This document shows, piece by piece, positions 1 to 15,610 of a stretch of 64,000 bases of DNA (position 1 is its first letter; the number at the start of each line of letters is the position of its first letter). The DNA is from Eledone cirrhosa. Lineage: Eukaryota. The translations under genes were made by a program, and so were the position numbers. The stretch lies in the NCBI GenBank assembly GCA_964016885.1, contig OZ024740.1:318804001-318868000 (forward strand), read 5' to 3'. The notes beneath the pieces are model-generated. The model did no database searches. It was not told the origin of the DNA and saw only the letters and a list, made by a program, of their open reading frames with translations.

Positions 1-409
1 AAATAATCCAGGATTGTCTCGTCTATTTCCACAACTTACATTCTATCTGACATTCTAACGACTCTACGTATTCGCTGTCTTTCTACTACAATGCTCACAA
101 CAAATAATCCACGACTGTCTCGTCTATTTCCAAAACTTACATTCAATCTGACATTCTAACGACTCTACCAATTCGAAATCTTTCTACTACAATACTCACA
201 ACAAACAATCCAGGATTGTCTCGTCTATTTCTACAATTTACATTCTATGTGACATTCAAACGACTCTATCAATTCGAAGTCTTTCTACAACAATACTAAC
301 GTAAAATAATCCAGGATTGTCTCGTCTATTTCCACAACTTACATTCTATGTGATATTCTAACGACTCTACCAATTCGAAGTCTTTCTACTACAATACTCA
401 CAACAAATA

Positions 410-3400
410 ATCCATATTGTCTCGTCTATTTCCACAACTTACGTTCTATCTGACATTCTAACGACTCTACCAATTCGAATTCTTTATATTACAATACTCA
501 CAACAAATAATCCACGACTGTCTCGTCTATTTCCACAACTTACATTCTATCTGACATTCTAACGACTCTACCAATTCGATGTGTTTCTACTACAATACTC
601 ACGACAAACAATCCAGGATTGTCTCGTCTATTTCCACAACTTACATTCTATCTGACATTGAAACGACTCTACCAATTCGATGTATTAGTACTACAATACT
701 CACAAAAAAATAATCCAGGATTATATCGTCTTTTTCCACAACTTACATTCTATCTGACATTCTAACGACTCTACCAATTTGCTGTATTTCTACTACAATA
801 CTAACTTCAATTAGTCCAGGATTGTCTCATCTATTTCCACAACTTACATTCTATCTGATATTCGAACGACTCTACCAATTCGAAGTCTTTCTACTACAAT
901 ACTCACAACAAACAATCCAGGATTGTTTCGTCTATTTCTACAACTTACATTCTATGTGACATTAAAACGACTCTACCAATTCGAAGTTTTTCTACTACAA
1001 TACTTCCAACAAATAATCAAGGATTGTATCGTCTATTTCCACAACTTACATTCTATCTGACATTCTAACGACTCTACCAATTCGAATTCTTTATATTACA
1101 ATACTCACAACAAATAATCCACGACTGTCTCGTCTATTTCCACAACTTACATTCTATCTGACATTCTAACGACTCTACCAATTCGATGTGTTTCTACTAC
1201 AATACTCACGACAAATAATCCAGGATTGTCTCGTCTATTTCCACAACTTACATTCTATCTGACATTCTAACGACTCCACCAATTCGAAATCTTTCTACTA
1301 CAATACTCACAACAAACAATCCAGGATTGTCTCGTCTATCTATTTCTACAACTTACATTCTATGTGACATTCAAACGACTCTATCAATTTGAAGTCTTTC
1401 TACAACAATACTAACGTAAAATAATCCAGGATCGTCTCGTCTATTTCCACAACTTACAACCTATCTGACATTCTAACGACTCTACCAATTCGAAGTCTTT
1501 CTACTACAATACTAACAACAAATAATCTGGGATTGTCTCGTCTATTTCCACAACATACATTCTATCTGACATTCTAACGACTCTACCAATTCGAAGTTTT
1601 TCTACTACAATACTTCCAACAAATAATCAAGGATTGTATCGTCTATTTCCACAACTTACATTCTATCTGACATTCTAACGACTCTACCCATTCGCTGTAT
1701 TTCTACTACAATACTAACTTCAAATAATCCAGGATTGTCTCCTCTATTTCCACAACTTACATTCTATGTCACAATCTAACGAGTCTACCAATTCGCTGTG
1801 TTTCTACTACAATACTCACAACAAATAAACCAGGATTGTCTCGTCTATTTCCACAACTTACATTATATCTGACATACTAACGACTCTACGAATTCGAAGT
1901 CTTTCTACTACAATACTAACTTTAAACTATCCAGGATTGTCTCCTCTATTTCCACAACTTACATTCTATCTGACATTCAAACGACTCTACCAATTCGCTG
2001 TATTTCTACTACAATACTAACTTCAAATAATCCAGGATTGTATCGGCTATTTCCACAACTTACATTCTATCTGACATTCTAACGACTCTACCAATTCGCT
2101 GTCTTTCTACTACAATACTAACAACATATAATCTAGGATTGTCTCGTCTATTTCCACAACTTACAATCTATCTGATATTCGAACGACTCTACCAATTCGA
2201 AGTCTTTCTGCTACAATACTAACAACAAATAATCTAGGATTGTCTCCTCTATTTCCACAACTTACATTCTATCTGACATTCTAACGACTCTAACAATTCG
2301 AAGTCTTTCTACTACAATACTAACAACAAATAATCCAGGATCGTCTCATCTATTTCCACAACTTACATTCTATCTGACATTCTAACGACTATACCAATTC
2401 GATGTGTTTCTACTACAATACTCACGTCAAATAATCCAGGATTGTCTCGTCTATCTCCAGACCTTACATTCTATCTGACATTCTAACGACTCTACCAGTT
2501 CGCTGTATTTCTACTACAATACTCACAACAAATAATCCAGGATTGTCTCGTCTATTTCCACAACTTACATTCTATGTCACATTCTAACGTGTCTACCAAT
2601 TCGAAGTCTTTCTACTACAATACTAACTTTAAACAATCCAGGATTGTCTCCTCTATTTCCACAACTTACATTCTATCTGACATTGAAACGACTCTACCAA
2701 TTCGATGTCTTTGTACTACAATACTCACAACAAACAATCCAGGATTGTCTCGTCTATTTCTACAACTTACATTCTATGTGACATTCAAACGACTCTATCA
2801 ATTCGAAGTCTTTCTACAACAATACTAACGTAAAATAATCCAGGATTGTCTCGTCCATTTCCACAACTTACATTCTATCTGACATTCAAACGACTCTACC
2901 AATTCGAAGTCTTTCTACTACAATACTAACTTTAAATAATCCAGGATTGTCTCGTCTATCTCCAGACCTTACATTCTATCTGACATTCTAACGACTCTAC
3001 CAGTTCGCTGTATTTCAACTACAATACTACCTTCAAATAATCCAGGATTGTCTCGTCTATTTCCACAACTTACATTCTATCTGATATTCTAACGACTCTC
3101 CCCTTTCGCTGTATTTCTACTACAATACTAACTTCAAATAATCCAGGATTGCCTCGTCTACTTCCACAAATCACATTCTATGTGATATTCTAACGACTCT
3201 ACCAATTAGAAGTCTTTCTACTACAATACTCACAACAAATAATCCATATTGTCTCGTCTATTTCCACAACTCACATTCTATCTGACATTCTAACGACTCT
3301 ATCAATTCGAAGTCTTTCTACTACAATACTAACGTGAAATAATCCAGGATCGTCTCGTCTATTTCCACAACTTACATTCTATCTGACATTCTAACGACTC

Positions 3401-6400
3401 TACCAATTCGAAATCTTTCTACTACAATACTCACAACAAACAATCCAGGATTGTCTCGTCTATTTCTACAATTTACATTCTATGTGACATTCAAACGACT
3501 CTATCAATTCGAAGTCTTTCTACAACAATACTAACGTAAAATAATCCAGGATTGTCTCGTCCATTTCCACAACTTACATTCTATCTGACATTCTAACGAC
3601 TCTACCAATTCGAAGTCTTTCTACTACGATACTAACTTTAAATAATCCAGGATTGTCTCGTCCATTTCCACAACTTACATTCTATCTGACATTCTAACGA
3701 CTCTACCAATTCGAAGTCTTTCTACTACAATACTAACTTCAAATAATCCAGGATTGTCTCGTCTACTTCCACAACTTACATTCTATGTGATATTCTAACG
3801 ACTCTACCAATTCGAAGTCTTTCTACTACAATACTAACAACAAATAATCTGGGATCGTCTCGTCTATTTCCACAACATACATTCTATCTGACATTCTAAC
3901 GACTCTACCAATTCGAAGTTTTTCTACTACAATACTCCCAACAAATAATCAAGGATTGTATCGTCTATTTCCACAACTTACATTCTATCTGACATTCTAA
4001 CGACTCTACCCATTCGCTGTATTTCTACTACAATACTAACTTCAAATAATCCAGGATTGTCTCGTCTACTTCCACAACTTACATTCTATGTGATATTCTA
4101 ACGACTCTACCAATTCGAAATCTTTCTACTACAATACTCACAACAAATAATCCATATTGTCTCGTCTATTTCCACAACTTACATTCTATCTGACATTCAA
4201 ACGACTCTATCAATTCGAAGTCTTTCTACTACAATACTAACGTCAAATAATCCAGGATTGTCTCGTCTATTTCCACAACTTACGTTCTATCTGACATTCT
4301 AACGACTCTACCAATTCGAATTCTTTATATTACAATACTCACAACAAATAATCCACGACTGTCTCGTCTATTTCCTCAACTTACATTCTATCTGACATTG
4401 AAACGACTCTACCAATTCGATGTCTTTGTACTACAATACTCACAAAAAAATAATCCAGGATTGTATCGTCTTTTTCCACAACTTACATTCTATCTGACAT
4501 TCTAACGACTCTACCAATTCGCTGTATTTCTACTACAATACTAACTTCAATTAGTCCAGGATTGTCTCATCTATTTCCACAACTTACATTCTATCTGATA
4601 TTCGAACGACTCTACCAATTCGAAGTCTTTCTACTACAATACTCACAACAAACAATCCAGGATTGTTTCGTCTATTTCTACAACTTACATTTTATGTGAC
4701 ATTAAAACGACTCTATCAATTCGAAGTCTTTCTACTACAATACTAACGTCAAATAATCCAGGATTGTCTCGTCTATTTCCACAACTTACGTTCTATCTGA
4801 CATTCTAACGACTCTACCAATTCGAATTCTTTATATTACAATACTCACAACAAATAATCCACGACTGCCTCGTCTATTTCCACAACTTACATTCTATCTG
4901 ACATTCTAACGACTCTACCAATTCGATGTGTTTCTACTACAATACTCAAGACAAATAATCCAGGATTGTCTCGTCTATTTTCACAACTTACATTCTATCT
5001 GACATTCTAACGACTCTACGAATTCGCTGTCTTTCTACTACAATGCTCACAAAAAATAATCCACGACTGTCTCGTCTAATTCCACAACTTACATTCTATC
5101 TGACATTCTAACGACTCTACCAATTCGAAATCTTTCTACTTCAATACTCACAACAAACAATCCAGGATTGTCTCGTCTATTTCTACAACTTACATTCTAT
5201 GTGACATTCAAACGACTCTATCAATTCGAAGTCTTTCTACTACAATACTAACGTCAAATAATCCAGGATTGTCTCGTCTATTTCCACAACTTACGTTCTA
5301 TCTGACATTCTAACGACTCTACCAATTCGAATTCTTTCTATTACAATACTCACAACAAATAATCCAGGATTGTCTCGTCTATTTCCACAACTTACATTCT
5401 ATCTGACATTCTAACGACTCTACGAATTCGCTGTCTTTCTACTACAATGCTCACAACAAATAATCCACGACTGTCTCGTCTATTTCCAAAACTTACATTC
5501 AATCTGACATTCTAACGACTCTACCAATTCGAAATCTTTCTATTACAATACTCACAACAAACAATCCAGGATTGTCTCGTCTATTTCTACAATTTACATT
5601 CTATGTGACATTCAAACGACTCTATCAATTCGAAGTCTTTCTACAACAATACTAACGTAAAATAATCCAGGATTGTCTCGTCTATTTCCACAACTTACAT
5701 TCTATCTGATATTCTAACCACTCTACCCATTCGCTGTATTTCTACTACAATACTAACTTCAAATAATCCAGGATTGTCTCGTCTACTTCCACAACTTACA
5801 TTCTATGTGATATTCTAACGACTCTACCAATTCGAAGTCTTTCTACTACAATACTCACAACAAATAATCCATATTGTCTCGTCTATTTCCACAACTTACA
5901 TTCTATCTGACATTCAAACGACTCTATCAATTCGAAGTCTTTCTACTACAATACTCGCAACAAATAATCCATATTGTCTCGTCTATTTCCACAACTTACG
6001 TTCTATCTGACATTCTAACGACTCTACCAATTCGAATTCTTTATATTACAATACTCACAACAAATAATCCACGACTGTCTCGTCTATTTCCACAACTTAC
6101 ATTCTATCTGACATTCTAACGACTCTACCAATTGGATGTGTTTCTACTACAATACTCACGACAAACAATCCAGGATTGTCTCGTCTATTTCCACAACTTA
6201 CATTCTATCTGACATTGAAACGACTCTACCAATTCGATGTATTTGTACTACAATACTCACAAAAAAATAATCCAGGATTGTATCGTCTTTTTCCACAACT
6301 TACATTCTATCTGACATTCTAACGACTCTACCAATTTGCTGTATTTCTACTACAATACTAACTTCAATTAGTCCAGGATTGTCTCATCTATTTCCACAAC

Positions 6401-8967
6401 TTACATTCTATCTGATATTCGAACGACTCTACCAATTCGAAGTCTTTCTACTACAATACTCACAACAAACAATCCAGGATTGTTTCGTCTATTTCTACAA
6501 CTTACATTCTATGTGACATTAAAACGACTCTACCAATTCGAAGTTTTTCTACTACAATACTTCCAACAAATAATCAAGGATTGTATCGTCTATTTCCACA
6601 ACTTACATTCTATCTGACATTCTAACGACTCTACCAATTCGAATTCTTTATATTACAATACTCACAACAAATAATCCACGACTGTCTCGTCTATTTCCAC
6701 AACTTACATTCTATCTGACATTCTAACGACTCTACCAATTCGATGTGTTTCTACTACAATACTCACGACAAATAATCCAGGATTGTCTCGTCTATTTCCA
6801 CAACTTACATTCTATCTGACATTCTAACGACTCCACCAATTCGAAATCTTTCTACTACAATACTCACAACAAACAATCCAGGAGTGTCTCGTCTATCTAT
6901 TTCTACAACTTACATTCTATGTGACATTCAAACGACTCTATCAATTTGAAGTCTTTCTACAACAATACTAACGTAAAATAATCCAGGATCGTCTCGTCTA
7001 TTTCCACAACTTACAACCTATCTGACATTCTAACGACTCTACCAATTCGAAGTCTTTCTACTACAATACTATCAACAAATAATCTGGGATTGTCTCGTCT
7101 ATTTCCACAACATACATTCTATCTGACATTCTAACGACTCTACCAATTCGAAGTTTTTCTACTACAATACTTCCAACAAATAATCAAGGATTGTATCGTC
7201 TATTTCCACAACTTACATTCTATCTGACATTCTAACGACTCTACCCATTCGCTGTATTTCTACTACAATACTAACTTCAAATAATCCAGGATTGTCTCCT
7301 CTATTTCCACAACTTACATTCTATGTCACAATCTAACGAGTCTACCAATTCGCTGTGTTTCTACTACAATACTCACAACAAATAAACCAGGATTGTCTCG
7401 TCTATTTCCACAACTTACATTATATCTGACATACTAACGACTCTACGAATTCGAAGTCTTTCTACTACAATACTAACTTTAAACTATCCAGGATTGTCTC
7501 CTCTATTTCCACAACTTACATTCTATCTGACATTCAAACGACTCTACCAATTCGCTGTATTTCTACTACAATACTAACTTCAAATAATCCAGGATTGTAT
7601 CGGCTATTTCCACAACTTACATTCTATCTGACATTCTAACGACTCTACCAATTCGCTGTCTTTCTACTACAATACTAACAACATATAATCTAGGATTGTC
7701 TCGTCTATTTCCACAACTTACAATCTATCTGATATTCGAACGACTCTACCAATTCGAAGTCTTTCTGCTACAATACTAACAACAAATAATCTAGGATTGT
7801 CTCGTCTATTTCCACAACTTACATTCTATCTGACATTCTAACGACTCTAACAATTCGAAGTCTTTCTACTACAATACTAACAACAAATAATCCAGGATCG
7901 TCTCATCTATTTCCACAACTTACATTCTATCTGACATTCTAACGACTATACCAATTCGATGTGTTTCTACTACAATACTCACGTCAAATAATCCAGGATT
8001 GTCTCGTCTATCTCCAGACCTTACATTCTATCTGACATTCTAACGACTCTACCAGTTCGCTGTATTTCTACTACAATACTCACAACAAATAATCCAGGAT
8101 TGTCTCGTCTATTTCCACAACTTACATTCTATGTCACATTCTAACGTGTCTACCAATTCGAAGTCTTTCTACTACAATACTAACTTTAAACAATCCAGGA
8201 TTGTCTCCTCTATTTCCACAACTTACATTCTATCTGACATTGAAACGACTCTACCAATTCGATGTCTTTGTACTACAATACTCACAACAAACAATCCAGG
8301 ATTGTCTCGTCTATTTCTACAACTTACATTCTATGTGACATTCAAACGACTCTATCAATTCGAAGTCTTTCTACAACAATACTAACGTAAAATAATCCAG
8401 GATTGTCTCGTCCATTTCCACAACTTACATTCTATCTGACATTCAAACGACTCTACCAATTCGAAGTCTTTCTACTACAATACTAACTTTAAATAATCCA
8501 GGATTGTCTCGTCTATCTCCAGACCTTACATTCTATCTGACATTCTAACGACTCTACCAGTTCGCTGTATTTCAACTACAATACTACCTTCAAATAATCC
8601 AGGATTGTCTCGTCTATTTCCACAACTTACATTCTATCTGATATTCTAACGACTCTACCCATTCGCTGTATTTCTACTACAATACTAACTTCAAATAATC
8701 CAGGATTGCCTCGTCTACTTCCACAAATCACATTCTATGTGATATTCTAACGACTCTACCAATTAGAAGTCTTTCTACTACAATACTCACAACAAATAAT
8801 CCATATTGTCTCGTCTATTTCCACAACTCACATTCTATCTGACATTCTAACGACTCTATCAATTCGAAGTCTTTCTACTACAATACTAACGTGAAATAAT
8901 CCAGGATCGTCTCGTCTATTTCCACAACTTACATTCTATCTGACATTCTAACGACTCTACCAATTCG
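410..8967. repeat. About 3-kb block (c. 410-3410) repeated at c. 5967-8967; offset 5557 bp (55 monomers + 2 bp)
   Basis: Shared rare markers at constant offset: GTCTATCTATTT (4-bp insertion) at 1334 and 6891; TCTTTATATT at 481 and 6038; identical 84-aa pseudo-ORF at 2574 and 8131. The copies diverge at about 3411/8968. Confidence 0.92.
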
Positions 8968-11900
8968 AAGTTTTTCTACTACAATACTCCCAACAAATAA
9001 TCAAGGATTGTATCGTCGATTTCCACAACTTACATTCTATCTGACATTGTAACGACTCTACCCATTCGCTGTATATCTACTACAATACTAACTTCAAATA
9101 ATCCAGGATTGTCTCCTCTATTTCCACAACTTACATTCTATGTCACATTCTAACGAGTCTACCAATTCGCTGTGTTTCTACTACAATACTCACAACAAAT
9201 AAACCAGGATTGTCTCGTCTATTTCCACAACTTACATTATATCTGACATACTAACGACTCTACGAATTCGAAGTCTTTCTACTACAATACTAACTTTAAA
9301 CTATCCAGGATTGTATCGGCTATTTCCACAACTTACATTCTATCTGACATTCTAACGACTCTACCAATTCGCTGTATTTCTACTACAATACTAACTTCAA
9401 ATAATCCAGGATTGTATCGGCTATTTCCACAACTTACATTCTATCTGACATTCTAACGACTCTACCAATTCGCTGTCTTTCTACTACAATACTAACAACA
9501 TATAATCTAGGATTGTCTCGTCTATTTCCACAACTTACAATCTATCTGATATTCGAACGACTCTATCAATTCGAAGTCTTTCTGCTACAATACTAACAAC
9601 AAATAATCTAGGATTGTCTCGTCTATTTCCACAACTTACATTCTATCTGACATTCTAACGACTCTAACAATTCGAAGTCTTTCTACTACAATACTCACAA
9701 CAAATAATCCAGGATTGTCTCATCTATTTCCACAACTTACATTCTATCTGACATTCTAACGACTCTACCAATTCGATGTGTTTCTACTACAATACTCACG
9801 TCAAATAATCCAGGATTGTATCGTCTATTTCCACAACTTACATTCTATCTGACATTCTAACGACTCTACCAATTCGAATTCTTTATATTACAATACTCAC
9901 AACAAATAATCCACGACTGTCTCGTCTATTTCCACAACTTACATTCTATCTGACATTCTAACGACTCTACCAATTCGATGTGTTTCTACTACGATACTCA
10001 CGACAAATAATCCAGGATTGTCTCGTCTATTTCCACAACTTACATTCTATCTGACATTCTAACGACTCCACCAATTCGAAATCTTTCTACTACAATACTC
10101 ACAACAAACAATCCAGGATTGTCTCGTCTATCTATTTCTACAACTTACATTCTATGTGACATTCAAACGACTCTATCAATTTGAAGTCTTTCTACAACAA
10201 TACTAACGTAAAATAATCCAGGATCGTCTCGTCTATTTCCACAACTTACAACCTATCTGACATTCTAACGACTCTACCAATTCGAAGTCTTTCTACTACA
10301 ATACTAACAACAAATAATCTGGGATTGTCTCGTCTATTTCCACAACATACATTCTATCTGACATTCTAACGACTCTACCAATTCGAAGTTTTTCTACTAC
10401 AATACTTCCAACAAATAATCAAGGATTGTATCGTCTATTTCCACAACTTACATTCTATCTGACATTCTAACGACTCTACCCATTCGCTGTATTTCTACTA
10501 CAATACTAACTTCAAATAATCCAGGATTGTCTCCTCTATTTCCACAACTTACATTCTATGTCACAATCTAACGAGTCTACCAATTCGCTGTGTTTCTACT
10601 ACAATACTCACAACAAATAAACCAGGATTGTCTCGTCTATTTCCACAACTTACATTATATCTGACATACTAACGACTCTACGAATTCGAAGTCTTTCTAC
10701 TACAATACTAACTTTAAACTATCCAGGATTGTCTCCTCTATTTCCACAACTTACATTCTATCTGACATTCAAACGACTCTACCAATTCGCTGTATTTCTA
10801 CTACAATACTAACTTCAAATAATCCAGGATTGTATCGGCTATTTCCACAACTTACATTCTATCTGACATTCTAACGACTCTACCAATTCGCTGTCTTTCT
10901 ACTACAATACTAACAACATATAATCTAGGATTGTCTCGTCTATTTCCACAACTTACAATCTATCTGATATTCGAACGACTCTACCAATTCGAAGTCTTTC
11001 TGCTACAATACTAACAACAAATAATCTAGGATTGTCTCGTCTATTTCCACAACTTACATTCTATCTGACATTCTAACGACTCTAACAATTCGAAGTCTTT
11101 CTACTACAATACTAACAACAAATAATCCAGGATCGTCTCATCTATTTCCACAACTTACATTCTATCTGACATTCTAACGACTATACCAATTCGATGTGTT
11201 TCTACTACAATACTAACGTCAAATAATCCAGGATTGTCTCGTCTATCTCCAGACCTTACATTCTATCTGACATTCTAACGACTCTACCAGTTCGCTGTAT
11301 TTCTACTACAATACTCACAACAAATAATCCAGGATTGTCTCGTCTATTTCCACAACTTACATTCTATGTCACATTCTAACGTGTCTACCAATTCGAAGTC
11401 TTTCTACTACAATACTAACTTTAAACAATCCAGGATTGTCTCCTCTATTTCCACAACTTACATTCTATCTGACATTGAAACGACTCTACCAATTCGATGT
11501 CTTTGTACTACAATACTCACAACAAACAATCCAGGATTGTCTCGTCTATTTCTACAACTTACATTCTATGTGACATTCAAACGACTCTATCAATTCGAAG
11601 TCTTTCTACAACAATACTAACGTAAAATAATCCAGGATTGTCTCGTCCATTTCCACAACTTACATTCTATCTGACATTCAAACGACTCTACCAATTCGAA
11701 GTCTTTCTACTACAATACTAACTTTAAATAATCCAGGATTGTCTCGTCTATCTCCAGACCTTACATTCTATCTGACATTCTAACGACTCTACCAGTTCGC
11801 TGTATTTCAACTACAATACTACCTTCAAATAATCCAGGATTGTCTCGTCTATTTCCACAACTTACATTCTATCTGATATTCTAACGACTCTACCCATTCG

Positions 11901-13055
11901 CTGTATTTCTACTACAATACTAACTTCAAATAATCCAGGATTGCCTCGTCTACTTCCACAAATCACATTCTATGTGATATTCTAACGACTCTACCAATTA
12001 GAAGTCTTTCTACTACAATACTCACAACAAATAATCCATATTGTCTCGTCTATTTCCACAACTCACATTCTATCTGACATTCTAACGACTCTATCAATTC
12101 GAAGTCTTTCTACTACAATACTAACGTGAAATAATCCAGGATCGTCTCGTCTATTTCCACAACTTACATTCTATCTGACATTCTAACGACTCTACCAATT
12201 CGAAGTTTTTCTACTACAATACTCCCAACAAATAATCAAGGATTGTATCGTCGATTTCCACAACTTACATTCTATCTGACATTGTAACGACTCTACCCAT
12301 TCGCTGTATATCTACTACAATACTAACTTCAAATAATCCAGGATTGTCTCCTCTATTTCCACAACTTACATACTATGTCACATTCTAACGAGTCTACCAA
12401 TTCGCTGTGTTTCTACTACAATACTCACAACAAATAAACCAGGATTGTCTCGTCTATTTCCACAACTTACATTATATCTGACATACTAACGACTCTACGA
12501 ATTCGAAGTCTTTCTACTACAATACTAACTTTAAACTATCCAGGATTGTATCGGCTATTTCCACAACTTACATTCTATCTGACATTCTAACGACTCTACC
12601 AATTCGCTGTATTTCTACTACAATACTAACTTCAAATAATCCAGGATTGTATCGGCTATTTCCACAACTTACATTCTATCTGACATTCTAACGACTCTAC
12701 CAATTCGCTGTCTTTCTACTACAATACTAACAACATATAATCTAGGATTGTCTCGTCTATTTCCACAACTTACAATCTATCTGATATTCGAACGACTCTA
12801 TCAATTCGAAGTCTTTCTGCTACAATACTAACAACAAATAATCTAGGATTTTCTCGTCTATTTCCACAACTTACATTCTATCTGACATTCTAACGACTCT
12901 AACAATTCGAAGTCTTTCTACTACAATACTCACAACAAATAATCCAGGATTGTCTCATCTATTTCCACAACTTACATTCTATCTGACATTCTAACGACTC
13001 TACCAATTCGATGTGTTTCTACTACAATACTCACGTCAAATAATCCAGGATTGTC
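6590..13055. repeat. Tandem duplication of a 32-monomer unit (3235 bp)
   Basis: GTCTATCTATTT at 6891 and 10126; pseudo-ORF at 8131 and 11366; TCACGTCAAA at 9796 and 13031. All offsets are 3235 = 32x101 + 4 - 1, matching one +4 monomer and one 100-bp CCATATTG monomer. Confidence 0.93.
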
Positions 13056-13379
13056 TCGTCTATCTCCAGACCTTACATTCTATCTGACATTCTAACGACT
13101 CTACCAGTTCGCTGTATTTCTACTACAATACTCACAACAAATAATCCAGGATTGTCTCGTCTATTTCCACAACTTACATTCTATCTCACATTCTAACGTG
13201 TCTACCAATTCGAAGTCTTTCTACTACAATACTAACTTTAAACAATCCAGGATTGTCTCCTCTATTTCCACAACTTACATTCTATCTGACATTGAAACGA
13301 CTCTACCAATTCGATGTCTTTGTACTACAATACTCACAAAAAAATAATCCAGGATTGTATCGTCTTTTTCCACAACTTA

Positions 13380-15610
13380 CATTCTATCTGACATTCTAAC
13401 GACTCTACCAATTCGCTGTATTTCTACTACAATACTAACTTCAATTAGTCCAGGATTGTCTCATCTATTTCCACATCTTACATTCTATCTGATATTCGAA
13501 CGACTCTACCAATTCGAAGTCTTTCTACTACAATACTCACAACAAACAATCCAGGATTGTCTCGTCTATTTCTACAACTTACATTCTATGTGACATTAAA
13601 ACGACTCTATCAATTCGAAGTCTTTCTACTACATACTAACGTCAAATAATCCAGGATTGTCTCGTCTATTTCCACAACTTACGTTCTATCTGACATTCTA
13701 ACGACTCTACCAATTCGAATTCTTTATATTACAATACTCACAACAAATAATCCAGGATTGTCTCGTCTATTTCCACAACTTACATTCTATCTGACATTCT
13801 AACGACTCTACGAATTCGCTGTATTTCTACTACAATGCTCACAACAAATAATCCACGACTGTCTAGTCTATTTCCACAACTTACATTCTATCTGACATTC
13901 TAACGACTCTACCAATTCGAAATCTTTCTACTACAATACTCACAACAAACAATCCAGGATTGTCTCGTCTATTTCTACAACTTACATTCTATGTGACATT
14001 CAAACGACTCTATCAATTCGAAGTCTTTCTACAACAATACTAACGTCAAATAATCCAGGATTGTCTCGTCCATTTCCACAACTTACATTCTATCTGACAT
14101 TCTAACGACTCTACCAATTCGAAGTCTTTCTACTACAATACTAACTTTAAATAATCCAGGATTGTCTCGTCTATCTCCAGACCTTACATTCTATCTGACA
14201 TTCTAACGACTCTACCAGTTCGCTGTATTTCAACTACAATACTAACTTCAAATAATCCAGGATTGTCTCGTCTATTTCCACAACTTACATTCTATATGAT
14301 ATTCTAACGACTCTACCCATTCGCTGTATTTCTACTACAATACTAACTTCAAATAATCCAGGATTGTCTCGTCTACTTCCACAACTTACATTCTATGTGA
14401 TATTCTAACGACTCTACCAATTCGAAGTCTTTCTACTACAATACTCACAACAAATGATCCATATTGTCTCGTCTATTTCCACAACTTACATTCTATCTGA
14501 CATTCTAACGACTCTACCAATTCGCTGTATTTCTACTACAATACTAACTTCAATTAGTCCAGGATTGTCTCATCTATTTCCACATCTTACATTCTATCTG
14601 ATATTCGAACGACTCTACCAATTCGAAGTCTTTCTACTACAATACTCACAACAAACAATCCAGGATTGTCTCGTCTATTTCTACAACTTACATTCTATGT
14701 GACATTAAAACGACTCTATCAATTCGAAGTCTTTCTACTACAATACTAACGTCAAATAATCCAGGATTGTCTCGTCTATTTCCACAACTTACGTTCTATC
14801 TGACATTCTAACGACTCTACCAATTCGAATTCTTTATATTACAATACTCACAACAAATAATCCAGGATCGTCTCGTCTATTTCCACAACTTACATTCTAT
14901 CTGACATTCTAACGACTCTACGAATTCGCTGTCTTTCTACTACAATGCCCACAACAAATAATCCACGACTGTCTCGTCTATTTCCACAACTTACATTCTA
15001 TCTGACATTCTAACGACTCTACCAATTCGAAATCTTTCTACTACAATACTCACAACAAACAATCCAGGATTGTCTCGTCTATTTCTACAACTTACATTCT
15101 ATGTGACATTTAAACGACTCTATCAATTCGAAGTCTTTCTACAACAATACTAACGTCAAATAATCCAGGATTATCTCGTCCATTTCCACAACTTACATTC
15201 TATCTGACATTCTAACGACTCTACCAATTCGAAGTCTTTCTACTACAATACTAACTTTAAATAATCCAGGATCGTCTCGTCTATCTCCAGACCTTACATT
15301 CTATCTGACATTCTAACGACTCTACCAGTTCGCTGTATTTCAACTACAATACTAACTTCAAATAATCCAGGATTGTCTCGTCTATTTCCACAACTTACAT
15401 TCTATCTGATATTCTAACGACTCTACCCATTCGCTGTATTTCTACTACAATACTAACTTCAAATAATCCAGGATTGTCTCGTCTACTTCCACAACTTACA
15501 TTCTATCTGATATTCTAACGACTCTACCAATTCGAAGTCTTTCTACTACAATACTCACAACAAATAATCCATATTGTCTCGTCTATTTCCACAACTTACA
15601 TTCTATCTGA
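13380..15610. repeat. Tandem duplication of an 11-monomer unit (about 1109 bp)
   Basis: Rare CCACATCTTAC at 13471 and 14580 (offset 1109 = 11x101 - 2), followed by the same order of monomer variants. Confidence 0.85.

Noticed and set aside
8-12. CCAGG (Dcm/EcoRII site) in most monomers as a sign of a bacterial methylation or restriction system
   Set aside because: It is merely the centre of the monomer palindrome, and nothing else in the window suggests a prokaryotic context.
60-79. tRNA D-arm or A-box-like motif on the minus strand of the consensus (GACTT-CGAATTGGTA-GAGTC)
   Set aside because: The resemblance is short. There is no acceptor stem, anticodon arm or correctly spaced GTTCRA B-box, so neither a tRNA nor a SINE origin can be supported. 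tRNAscan-SE or Infernal on a dimer would settle it.
71-90. CENP-B box (TTCG....A..CGGG)
   Set aside because: TTCG is present but the downstream CGGG core is absent on both strands.
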